DNA from: Callorhinchus milii
Taxonomy: Eukaryota
Length of the DNA: 41,992 nucleotides
NCBI RefSeq assembly: GCF_018977255.1
Contig: NW_024704766.1
Location: 7,338,009-7,380,000 of the forward strand
Direction of reading: 5' to 3'
This document shows positions 32,155 to 41,992 of the stretch, in pieces (within the stretch, counting starts at the first letter, position 1; each line of letters opens with the position of its first letter). A program made the translations under genes and the position numbers. The notes under the pieces were generated by a model. The model was given only the letters and a program-made list of their open reading frames with translations. It did no database searches and was not told the DNA's origin.

Positions 32155-32808
32155 AAACCCGTACCAATCTAGGCTTCAGGTTCCCTGACCAGGACCCACT
32201 TTTTTCCACCTCCGTCCGTACCTCACACCCACAGCAGCCGAAACCCTCGTCCAGACCTTCGTCACTTCCCGGCTGGACTATTCCAACGCCCTCCTCGCTG
32301 GTCTCCCCAGTTCCACGACACACACAACTAATCCAGAACTCCACCACCCGGATTCTCACCCTCACAAAACTCCGTCCCCCCATCACCCCAGCCCTCGCCA
32401 GGCCCCACTGGCTCCCAATTATTGAACAGATCAACCCAGATTCTCTCACTCATTTTCAAATCCCTTCCTGCCTTCACACCTCCCTCCCTCCCTCCCTCTC
32501 CCAGCTTCTCCCCCCACTCCACCACCCGCTGCCTCCACTCGGCTGGCTCCGGCCTCCTGTTTGTCCCTCCGCTCCACCATCGGTGGCCTTGCCTTCAGCC
32601 ACTACATCCCAAAACTCTGGACCTCTCTCCCTCAATCCCTCCGCTTTGCCCCCTCCCTCCCCACCTGAAGACCTTCCTTTTTGATCGTGCTTACGGTCAC
32701 TTCCCCCTTCCCTCTCCCCCTTTGCTCAGGGTCAGAATCCCCCATTGTCACGTGCTCAGGGACGCTACCCCACGTGAAGGGAGCTGTGTAAATGCAAGTT
32801 GTTGTTGA
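32155..32808 (+). mobile_element. L2-type LINE 3' fragment
   Basis: QLIQNSTTRIL...ITPALARPHWLPI...KTFLFDRAY and (TTG)n tail. Confidence 0.82.
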
Positions 32809-33217
32809 TGGTGGAAGGCAAACTGGACGCACCTTGGTTTTCTTTTGCCCAGCAAATTCAGACGGTGCTTGTCAATCCGAGTTTCTAAAGTATTCGGAAA
32901 GAGGTTCCTTATATAGTATTTTGAAGCATCTTTGAAGATAAGAATAATCCTTATGGTTGGCACAGCGGCTTTCACTTCAAGAGGACGTCTCAAAGTTCTT
33001 TGCCGTAAAGTGGCGTGGCTGAGTGATTTGAAGGTGAACAATCTATAGAGACCTCTTCCGTTTTCATACCATTCCTTCAAAAAAAATTGGTCACTTCAAT
33101 CCATGACTGTTTGTGGGACACCTCTGTGCACAATTGGCTGTAGAATTCGCCCACAAAATGCAGTCAATTCACTTTACAGTAAAAAGTGCTCCTGACATGA
33201 AAGGTGCCGTGTCAATG

Positions 33218-33511
33218 TAATAATAATCTTTGCATTTGATACAGCGCCTTATCACGTCGTTGAGATGTCTCAAAGCGCTTCACAGAATATACTGTAAAGT
33301 GGAGTGACTGTATTTTGTGGGCTAAATTTTTTTTCAAAGGATTATTGCCCCCGGAAAGCAATCCACCAATCGACTAACTGGGTTCCTACTTACTGCTGGT
33401 AAACAGGCGTGTGGAGTAAGGAGACTTGCCTGACGTTTTGCCCGGCCCGGGAATCAAACCCAGGTCTTCTCCCTTTGCGAGGCGAGCGCAATAACCACTG
33501 AGCTACGGGAC
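33218..33511 (-). mobile_element. tRNA-derived SINE (internal deletion)
   Basis: Reverse complement head 'gtcccgtagctcagtggttattgcgctcgcctcgcaa', body and tail. Confidence 0.85.
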
Positions 33512-33876
33512 TTAACTACATTTAAACAGGAGTTTCCCATGAAGCACTTTGCTATGTTTCGACATTGTGAGCACGACATTGGATTGAGGACTATTATATT
33601 ATATTGTAATAATGGGTTACAAATCCACATAGAAACGGAAGCCACAGCTAATCGCAGGCCTTCGCCTATCAGGGATGTCTCGTGGAAACAAAGGCAATGT
33701 CACAAACTGTTAACTGCACGACTGATCCTGAAGTAGCTCGTGAGCTATCTTTAGCACTGGGACGGCAGTTTTTCCTCTCAGCCACTCATTACAATGAAGG
33801 TTTGTCGTCCCAACAGATTGGCTATTGTTCACCAGTCCCACTTGACGGTTACCCAAAAACTCTAAACTCTGCAGAC

Positions 33877-34545
33877 CTGGTGCAGTCGTTAGCGCTCCTG
33901 CCTCTGGGCCAGAAGGTTGTGGGTTCAAGCCCCACATTGGAACTCAAGTCCTCTAAGCTGACCCTCCAGTGCAGCGCTGGGGGTTGTGGGGGGGGGATCG
34001 CTGCATTGTCGTAGGTGCCGCCCTTCGGATGAGATGATAAACCGAGGTCTGGTCTGGTCTGTTTGCTCAGGTGGAAGTTTTTTATTATATTCATAGATTC
34101 ATAGAATGTTACGGCACAGAAGGAGGCCATTCGGCCCATCGAGTCTGTGCGGCTCTTTGACAGAGCGTCACTTTCACTAACCCCAATCACCAGCTTTCTC
34201 CCCATAACTCTGCAAACCCGTCTTCTCCAGATACCTATCCAGTTCTCTCTTAAAAGCTGTTATCGAATCGGACTTCACTGCCCTTTCGGGCGGATCATTC
34301 CAAATGATCATTTCAAATGATCCCGAGGCGCTATTCGAAAAGAGAAGGGAGTTTCTCTCTCTCTCTCCCGCTGTCCTGGCTGACAATCCCCCAAATAAAG
34401 TTGGTCACTCACTCCGCGGGTTTGTGGGACGCTGCCGTGCAGAAACTGGCTTACAAAATACACAGTCACTACACTTCACAGTAAATCCTGAGAAGGGCTT
34501 TGAGAGGTCCCTCTGCCGTGACAGACGCTGCACCAAATATCAAGG
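33877..34545 (+). mobile_element. Deu-domain SINE with a second tRNA-type head, split by a CR1 insertion
   Basis: 'ggttgtgggttcaagccccac...gctgcattgtcgtaggtgccgcccttcggatgag...'; resumes after 34315 with 'gatcccgaggcgctattcgaa'. Confidence 0.75.
34091..34305 (-). mobile_element. CR1-type LINE 3' end (no tandem array)
   Basis: IWNDPPERAVKSDSITAFKRELDRYL and a CTATGA-type tail. Confidence 0.82.
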
Positions 34546-35014
34546 GTTGTCATTATTATCAGATTATGGAGGTGGGTGTCCGCAAGAGTCGGGGTGTGAT
34601 TGTCTGGAGGTGCTGTCATTCCTGGGACAGGCCACCAGGAGGTGCTCACGAGCAGTGCGGAACCAGAGCTTTTCCTGCTTTGTTTTCCTCGTTTTGTTTT
34701 CTCCCAACGACCAGACTGGGACCACAGCGGATGTCATTTGAGATCCACACATAACGTTACAGATAATAATAAACAATCCTTCCCTTTGATACAGCGCCTT
34801 ATCACGTCGTTGAGTCATCTCAAAGCACCTCACAGAATATACTGTAAAGCGAATTGTCTGTATATTTTGTGGGTGAAACGCAGCAGCCAATTGCGCTCAG
34901 CAGCGTCCCACAAACAGCCGTGGGTTGAATGACCAAATTATTATTATTTGCAAGATAGTCCTTGTAACTGGTCTCCTGTGAGGTTTTTGTATTTTATTTT
35001 CTGGATTATTTTAA

Positions 35015-35446
35015 TAATAATAATAATCCTTGCATTTGATACAACATCTTATCATGTCTTCGAGACGTCTCAAAGCGCTTCACAGGATTTATTGTGAAGT
35101 GTAGTGACTATGTATTTTGTAGGAGAAATGCGGCAGCCTATTTGCAAACAACAAAGTCTCTTATAACAGCCATGAAGTGAATGACTAATTTTATCTGGGA
35201 GACTATTGGTCAAGGACACTCGATGAAATCCCTTCTTTTTCCAAATAGCATCACAGGGTCTTTAATGTCCACCTGGACAGGTTCAATGTCTCATCCGAAG
35301 AACGGCACTTCCTACAATTCAGCGTTCCCCCACCTCCCCCCCAACACTGCACTGGAGGGTCAGCCTAGACTGTGAGCTCAAGGACCTGATATGCAGTTTG
35401 AACCTTCTGAATCAGACAAGAATGCTACCGGCTGAGCCAGGCTGAC
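35015..35446 (-). mobile_element. Deu-domain SINE, near full length
   Basis: Shared tail, Deu-type core and head '...aatgctaccggctgagccagg'. Confidence 0.72.
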
Positions 35447-35670
35447 ACACATACACGCACCACACGCACACATGGGCACACACACACACACCACACACAC
35501 CCATGCACACGCACAGACCACATACACATACACACACACATGCACATAGCCCAGTGATTAGTGGGAACCCTGACTGTTTTCTTCCTGTTATCGCATTGGG
35601 TTAGTCCCAGATGTCAAATGTACTAAACCCTGAATGTTGCTTTGGCTAAGATCAGTGTGGAGAGAGATTC

Positions 35671-36910
35671 CAACAACAACAACGACAACATTACATGTGT
35701 ATAGTACCTTTCACATCGGGAGGATGTCCCAGTCAGTGATTCGGACCCGAGTTGAGGGTTGGGATCGGGGAGAGTGGAGGGCAGGGGGTAAGGACGATGA
35801 CCGAAGGCACGGTCGAAGAGGAGGGTCCTGAGACGGGTCTTGAAGGAGGTGAGGGAGGGGTGAGGTGGAGGAACTGCGGGATGGAGTTCTAGAGGGTGGA
35901 AGCAGAGTGGCTGAATGCCTGCCTGCCAATAGTGGGATGAGGCGGGGGACATGAAGCAGGCTGGAGTCCACTGAGCGTAGGGAGTGGGCAGGATGATAGG
36001 GGTTTAGGAGGTCGCAGAGATAGGAGGGAGCAATACTGTGGAGGTATCCTCTGTGTGATGGGAAGCCAGTGGAGTCGGGCGAGGATGGGGGTGATAGGGT
36101 CACGGAGTTTGGTGCGGGAGAGGACACAGGCTGCAGAGTTCTGGATGATCTGCAGCCTGTGGAGGGAGGAGTTGGGGAGGCCGACAAGCAGTGAGTTTGC
36201 ATAGTTGAACCTGGATGTTATGAATGGGTATATGAGGGTCTCGGGGGCCTGCGGAGTGAGGCAGTGGCAGAGCCGGGCGATGTTGCGGAGGTGGGGCAAG
36301 GCGGAGCGGGTCATGGCATGGATGTGGGGTAGAAAGGATAGTTGAGGGTCAAACAGGACACCAAGGATCCGTATTGGCTCCGTGAGATGTAGAGTGGGTC
36401 CATGAAGGACTGTCAGTGTCAGGTGAGGAGGTGCTGACGGGAGCCAAGCAGGATTGCCTCGGTCTTGTTGACATTCAACTGAGGAAAGTTAGCTCTCATC
36501 CAGGACTATAAGTGCTCTGAGACCCCGTCCAGCGTGGAGGGCGCTATATAAATTCAAGTTGTTGTTGTTGTTGATGTCTGACAGACATTCTTTCAGGACA
36601 GCAGTGGGTCCTGGAGTTGAGGGCGGAGGCAGAGAGAGAGAGTTGGATGTCATCCGCACACATGTGGAAGTTGACCCCATGTCTATGGATAATGTCACCA
36701 AGAGGTAGATGTTGAACAGGAGAGAGCTATGCCACATGTGATGGTGCAGGGGCTGGAGGAGAAGCCATTAGTGGAGACAAAGTGGTTGAGCTGAGAGCAG
36801 AGGTGGTGGTGGAGGAGGATAAGAATGGTCGACAATGTTGAAGGCAGCAGAGAAGTCGAGGAGGACAAGTAGGCAGAGAGAGCCCTGGTCACAGATATTC
36901 TGAATCTCTG
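35671..36910 (-). mobile_element. Degenerate L2-type LINE fragment
   Basis: HLRNIARL, SRFNYANSLL, QIIQNSAA and LHWLPI motifs with multiple indels. Confidence 0.85.
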
Positions 36911-36911
36911 A

Positions 36912-37222
36912 AAAGGGGGTGGAGAGGGGGAGGGGAGGGTGGGGGAGGGAGAGAGGGGGAAGTGGGAGAGGGGGGGAGGGGAGGGGGGAGACAAGGGGAA
37001 AGCGGGAAGAGAGGAGGATGGGAGGGGGAGGGGGTGAGACAGGGGAAAGGGGTTGAGCCGGGAGGGGAGGGGGAGTGGTGAGATAGGGGGAGGGAGTGAG
37101 AAAGGGGGAAGGGGGAGAGAAGAGAATGTGACAGGGGAGACAGGGTGGGAGTTGGGGGGAGGGGGGCAGACAGGGGGGTAGGGGGAGACAGGTGGGAGGG
37201 GGAGAGAGGGGGAGGGAAGATA
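36912..37222. repeat. Polypurine G/A-rich low-complexity tract
   Basis: Almost entirely G and A on the + strand. Confidence 0.85.
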
Positions 37223-37352
37223 AAATGAGGTCACCCCAGTGAATAGGCGCTGTGTAAAGTGTCTGATTGCCTGTGAAGATAGTGATCTCTCGAGACGATG
37301 CTTGAGGCACTTAGTCTAAACATCTGAGCTGCTGCAGCCATCTGCCTTCATC

Positions 37353-37712
37353 GTGTGCGTGTGCGTCCCTCTATGTGTGTTCATATGTTTGTCTGTGTGT
37401 GACTCTGTGTGTATGTCTATCTGGGAATGTGTGTTTGTGTTGTCTGTCTGTCTGTGTGTGAGTGTGTGTCTATGTGTATGGTGTGTGCGTGTATGTCTGT
37501 GTGGGTGTGTCTATCTGCGAATGTGTGTTTGTTCTGTCTGTGTGTGTGTGTATGTGTGTCTGTGTGCATATGTCTGTGTGCGCATGCCTGTGTGTGTGTC
37601 TGTATGTCCGTTTGTGTCTGTGGTGTGTGTCTGTGTGTGAGTATTTAATTTGTGTGCGTGCGCCTGCGTGTGTCTGTCTGTGAGGTGGTGTGCACACGTG
37701 TGTGTGTGTGTG
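37353..37712. repeat. Degenerate (TG)n tract
   Basis: Direct reading. Confidence 0.9.
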
Positions 37713-37974
37713 GGGGTGGGGGGGTGAGGGGGTGAGGAGAGGGAAAAGAAAATGGGTTTCTGCCCTCCGCAGCCCAAAATAGCTAATGCTGTGCAGTATT
37801 TGCATGGTTTACTGATTGCTTTACATAACACAGGCCACTGCTTCCCTGAGCACAGTGTGAGATGGAGCACAGTGTAATTATAGTGACTGGGCTCCTTTTG
37901 GAGCCGAGTAAAGCAAGCAATTGACTGCCTTCCCTCAATTTATATTTATTTTATATTTTAACACTTGTGCAGGA

Positions 37975-38240
37975 AAACACACACACACTCACAGGCAGAC
38001 ATTCACACACACACCACACACACACACATACAGACACAGACACAGACACGCACACACACACACAGATCCGCACATAGACGCAAACGCATACAGACACACA
38101 CACGCGGACAAACTCACGCACACAGGCACACAAACACTCACACATATACACAGAGGCACAAATACACACACGCACACACCGATACACACAAGCGCAGATG
38201 CACTCGACCATACACAGACACACACACACACACACACAGA
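37975..38240. repeat. Degenerate (CA)n tract
   Basis: Direct reading. Confidence 0.9.
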
Positions 38241-38895
38241 CCGTGAGCTAAACATTTTGTTAAAATAAGTTTTATCAGTGTCTTTGCTTCCAAATTACAC
38301 TTTTACAGGGAAACCCTGAGCAGTATTGAAAGCCTTCACCCCCTCCCTCCCCCGAGGATGTCATTCAGTGTTCCTCCTAACGTGAAGGGCGCCATACAAA
38401 TGTAATCTGTTGTTGTACCAAATGCAAGGTTTACTATTATTATTAGTTTCATCTGCACACAGTTCGGAGATCATTTCCCCGCCCCCCCCCCCCCCTCTCT
38501 CTGTCCGTTGCTTGTTCGCTCTCTCTCTCTCTCTCTCTCTCTCCCTCATGGCCCTCTTTGAAGCGGTGCTCAGTCCAACATCCTGTGGCTAAGTGTCGTC
38601 ATGACAACTCCGCCGTCTCTAAGCCTCTGGAGCGTAGTGGTCGCTGCCTGTTGAGCGAGGCTTCCTCCTGCCCTGTAGCCCGATACCCACGTCCTGTTCA
38701 AAATGAAGGTAGCGAGCTTGACACATGGCATCAGTCAGGGCTGCCGGCTTTCAGCCTCGTAACGCAGACCAGGGAAGGGGAGGGGTGGGCTGGGGGTAGG
38801 GTGGGTGTTTGGTGGGGGAATAAATCCTCCCCTGACTGGAGTCCCGGAACGTCTCGCACGGGGCTGCATTTGGCCCCTGGGAAGAAACGGACACC

Positions 38896-38955
38896 ATGAT
38901 CGCCTGCTTAGCCAAAGGGAATCTGCTGGATGTTCTGCAAGAGGGATTCACAGAG
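38896..38955 (+). CDS. DIXDC1: Dixin (DIX domain-containing 1) long isoform, first coding exon; gene continues beyond the window
   Basis: Kozak ACCATG; MIACLAKGNLLDVLQEGFTE versus human MLACLTRGNLLDVLQEGFNE; donor GAG|GTAAAC, phase 0. Confidence 0.92.
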
Positions 38956-39009
38956 GTAAACAGAAGCGTTTTAACTGAGCAGACGGCACCCAAACTGGCC
39001 TTTAATGTG

Positions 39010-39116
39010 CCAGACATTCAGCCAGCCAGACAGACATTCAGCCAGCCAGCCAGACAGACATTCAGCCAGCCAAACAGACAGACAGACATTCAGCCAGCCA
39101 GCCCGCCCGCCCGCCT
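39010..39116. repeat. (CAGC)n/(CAGA)n compound repeat
   Basis: Repeated 'cagacattcagccagcc' units. Confidence 0.85.
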
Positions 39117-39884
39117 GCAGCATCTGCTATTGTGTAGGTGGTATATAGTGTATTCTGTGAAGCACTTCGAGATGTTTTAACGACGTGATAAGGCGCTGTA
39201 TCAAATGCAAGGATTATTGTTGTTGTTATTGCGGGCAATGTCTATGGAGGGAGAGGACTGTGTATTGCTTCTATCTAAGAGCTCAATGTTTTAGCTGGAA
39301 GAATCCTTTCTCCTCCGAGCTACAGCGTTTCCTCGCGCAGGCTGTTTCATGAATGTTGTAAGATTTCCGTTTTCTAATGCGTGTCATCTGGATTGAGTTA
39401 AGTGCACTGTTGGAGAAAGCGCTCTGGTCGAAAGCTAACCTTAACCAGACATGGGTTTCCATTGTCTTGTGGATAGAAGCAAAGCAAAGGGAGGGAGAGA
39501 CAGACACAATGATTGTTTCTGAGTATCGATCACAACTTTTTCATGAGTTTTATTGTTCCTTTTAGTGTTTCTCTAACCTCTGCATCTCTTACGGTTCTCA
39601 GCAAGGCAATCTCTTACGCAAAGCGCACAATACAAATAGAAGTTCTTGAATGAAATGACTTGAATTTGCAACTGCCAGCGAGGCTGATAATTATTTTTAT
39701 TATCATATGTTATTAATACAGATTTGGTCACTCAATCCACGGCTGTTTGTGGGACGCTGCTGTGTGCAATTGGCTGCCGCGTTTCACCCACAAAATATAC
39801 AGTCAATTTACTTTATAGCATATTCTGTGAAGCGTCTGAAAGAAGTGATGAGGCCCTGTAAGGATTATTGTTGTTATTATTATT

Positions 39885-40305
39885 CAGAGGATACAGTTCA
39901 AGATCCTGGTCCTCACCTTCAAAGCCCTCCACGGTCTTGCTCCTCCCTACCTCTGTGACGTCCTGACCCCCTATAAAGCTGCCCACTCCCTCCACTCAGC
40001 GGGCTCTGGCTTGTTTCACGTCCCCCACTTTGCCCGCCCCACCATTGGCAGGTGGGCCTTCAGCATCTCTGCTCCCACCCTCTGGAAGTCCATCCCGCAG
40101 TCCCTCCACCTCGCCCCCTCCATTGCCTCCTACAAGACCCTTCTCTTTGACTACGCCTTCGGTCACCCTCCAACCCTTACCCTCCCCTACACTCCACCCC
40201 TTCCTGATCCCAACCACCAGCTTGGGCGCTGATCCCTGACTGTCCAGCACCTTGGGGAAGTCCTCCTGATGTGAAAGGTGCTGCATAAATGTCATTTGTT
40301 GTTGT
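39885..40305 (+). mobile_element. L2-type LINE 3' fragment
   Basis: 'ttcaagatcctggtcctcaccttc...', RPTIGRWAFSISAPTLWKSIP and tail. Confidence 0.8.
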
Positions 40306-41169
40306 TAGTCAGTGTTATTCCCTCAGTTCAAATCCACTCAATCGCGTCTCTAATGAAAAAAACATTGGGACAACTCCAAATACAATCCACTCAATTGATT
40401 TCAGTTCTGGTTTGTGGTTCTGTATTACAAAGGTTCTGCTCGTTTTATGCTTCTTATTCACGGGTTGTTGTAAGCCGGGTGTCTTGACATGTCCGAAACC
40501 CATCACGGTGCTCACAAGTATCCAAACCAGACTGAGAGTCGCACACGTATATTTTGCCGCCTATGTGTGGAAATTCCTGTATATTGGAACGGAATGTGCT
40601 CTCTCTCCCCCCCCCCCCCCCCCATCACCTCCGGAGGTACACACTTGTTTACCTCATCCCAGAGAGTATTAGGCGCAGATTAGGGAGAACCAACACCTCA
40701 GAGTGTACGTCAATGGGTCACAAGCTAAAACCTTCACCTCCCGCTATTTCACCACAGTGTGTTTATTAGAATGTAAACCGGGGACTGCATTAGAATGGGC
40801 TGAGGTGTTGAAAAGCAACATATATTCAGGGGAGGAGTTGCAGACATTGTGTAATTAAAAAGATAATTTATTAAAACTGTCACGTGGGCAAATAAAACCC
40901 TCGCATTCGATATCTCGTCACAGGGTCTTCACAGGCTTCAAACCTTGTGATTGAAACGTCTTGAAGACTTTATGAGGCGCTATATCAAATGCAAGGATTG
41001 TTATTATATTATTATGTACTTCCCAGAGGCGGAACATATCTTGTCGTTCCAGCGCGAGGTGCGGTTCCTCTTAGCTAAGTCGTTCCTGAGAGCACTCGCC
41101 TCGCAAGTGAGAGGACCCGGGTTCAATTCCTGGACCCGGCGGAAGTAGGCAAGTTTCCTTACTCCACCC

Positions 41170-41508
41170 AAGTTGTTGGGATCTGGAATACATTGCCTGA
41201 AAGGCTGGTGGAACCCAATTCAATAACATCTTTCAAGGGAGGAGTGGATAGATATTTGGGGAGAAGTTTGCAGGGCTATGCAGAGTGGCTATGGGGAGAG
41301 AACGGGGGAGTGGGGTTGATCAGGGCTATGGGGAGAATGGGTGAGTGGGGTTGATCAGGGCTATGGGGAGAGAGCGGGGGAGTGGGATTGATCAGGGCTA
41401 TGGGGAGAGAGCGGGGGGTGGGGTTGATCAGGGCTATGGGGAGAGTGCGGGGGAGTGGGGTTGATCAGGGCTATGGGGAGAGAGTGGGGGAGTGGGGTTG
41501 ATCAGGGC
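41170..41508 (+). mobile_element. CR1 3' fragment with the 37-bp array (~6 units)
   Basis: 'gttgttgggatctggaatacattgcctgaaagg...' followed by the same unit; preceded by a SINE head at ~41088-41168. Confidence 0.82.
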
Positions 41509-41657
41509 TTTGAGAATTCCTGCCTACGCTAAACACCAGTGTGGTGACTGTGTATTCCGTCGTGCCTCAATAACTCAGCAAATGCAAAGGTTATTACCGT
41601 CCGTCACCTGTACGCAGAACTGCACTCTTTGCTCCGGACACCTCCTTCCCCCCCCAA

Positions 41658-41842
41658 CCACAACAACAACAACAGTTTGCATTTACACTGCGACCTTCTC
41701 ACAAGGTAGCGTCCCAGAGCACTTGACAGTGGCGAAGCACGATGCCGAGCCGGGGGGAGCACGGTCGAATAGGATGGTCTTCAAGCACGACCTGAAAATG
41801 GGGAAGGAAGGGGCAAAGCCGAGGGATTGAGGGAGAGTGTTG
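41658..41842 (-). mobile_element. L2-type LINE 3' end fragment
   Basis: NTLPQSL...FRSCLKTILFDR and (CAA)n tail. Confidence 0.72.
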
Positions 41843-41992
41843 CTGTGTCCACCACCCCCTCCCCCGACCCCCACCCCTGCTGTGCACACAGCGGGCAGCT
41901 GGAGCAAGCGCAGAACATGTTAACGCAAAGCGATCCTTGAATTGATTACCGCAGTGACGGGGAAGTCCACGCCTGTCAACGGCTCAAAAATT

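Noticed and set aside
37353-38268. Cys/Val-rich and His/Thr-rich ORFs
   Set aside because: Translations of (TG)n and (CA)n microsatellites.

Overview
Vertebrate genomic DNA, most likely a cartilaginous fish: the alphaB-crystallin closely resembles dogfish alphaB as I recall it, and the repeats are L2 and CR1 LINEs plus tRNA-headed, Deu-type SINEs. Four genes can be read by hand. HSPB2 is on the - strand (2 coding exons, 175 aa) and sits head-to-head with CRYAB on the + strand (3 exons, 177 aa, with HSE and TATA box). A CFAP68/C11orf1-like gene is on the - strand (3 coding exons, 247 aa); it has a ~130-aa Cys-rich C-terminal extension, a 2.7-kb simple repeat just upstream of its start and an RFX X-box promoter. 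The first coding exon of DIXDC1 is on the + strand. The HSPB2-CRYAB-CFAP68 block is inverted relative to DIXDC1 compared with human 11q23, although assembly gaps lie between them. The rest is mostly retroposon debris and tandem repeats. I see no wholly new system. The best leads are the extended CFAP68, an in-frame alternative donor that could give an alphaB 'insert' isoform, loss of all three canonical alphaB phosphosites, the gene-order change and a CR1-derived minisatellite. Homology calls are from memory of known proteins, not database searches, and repeat boundaries are approximate.
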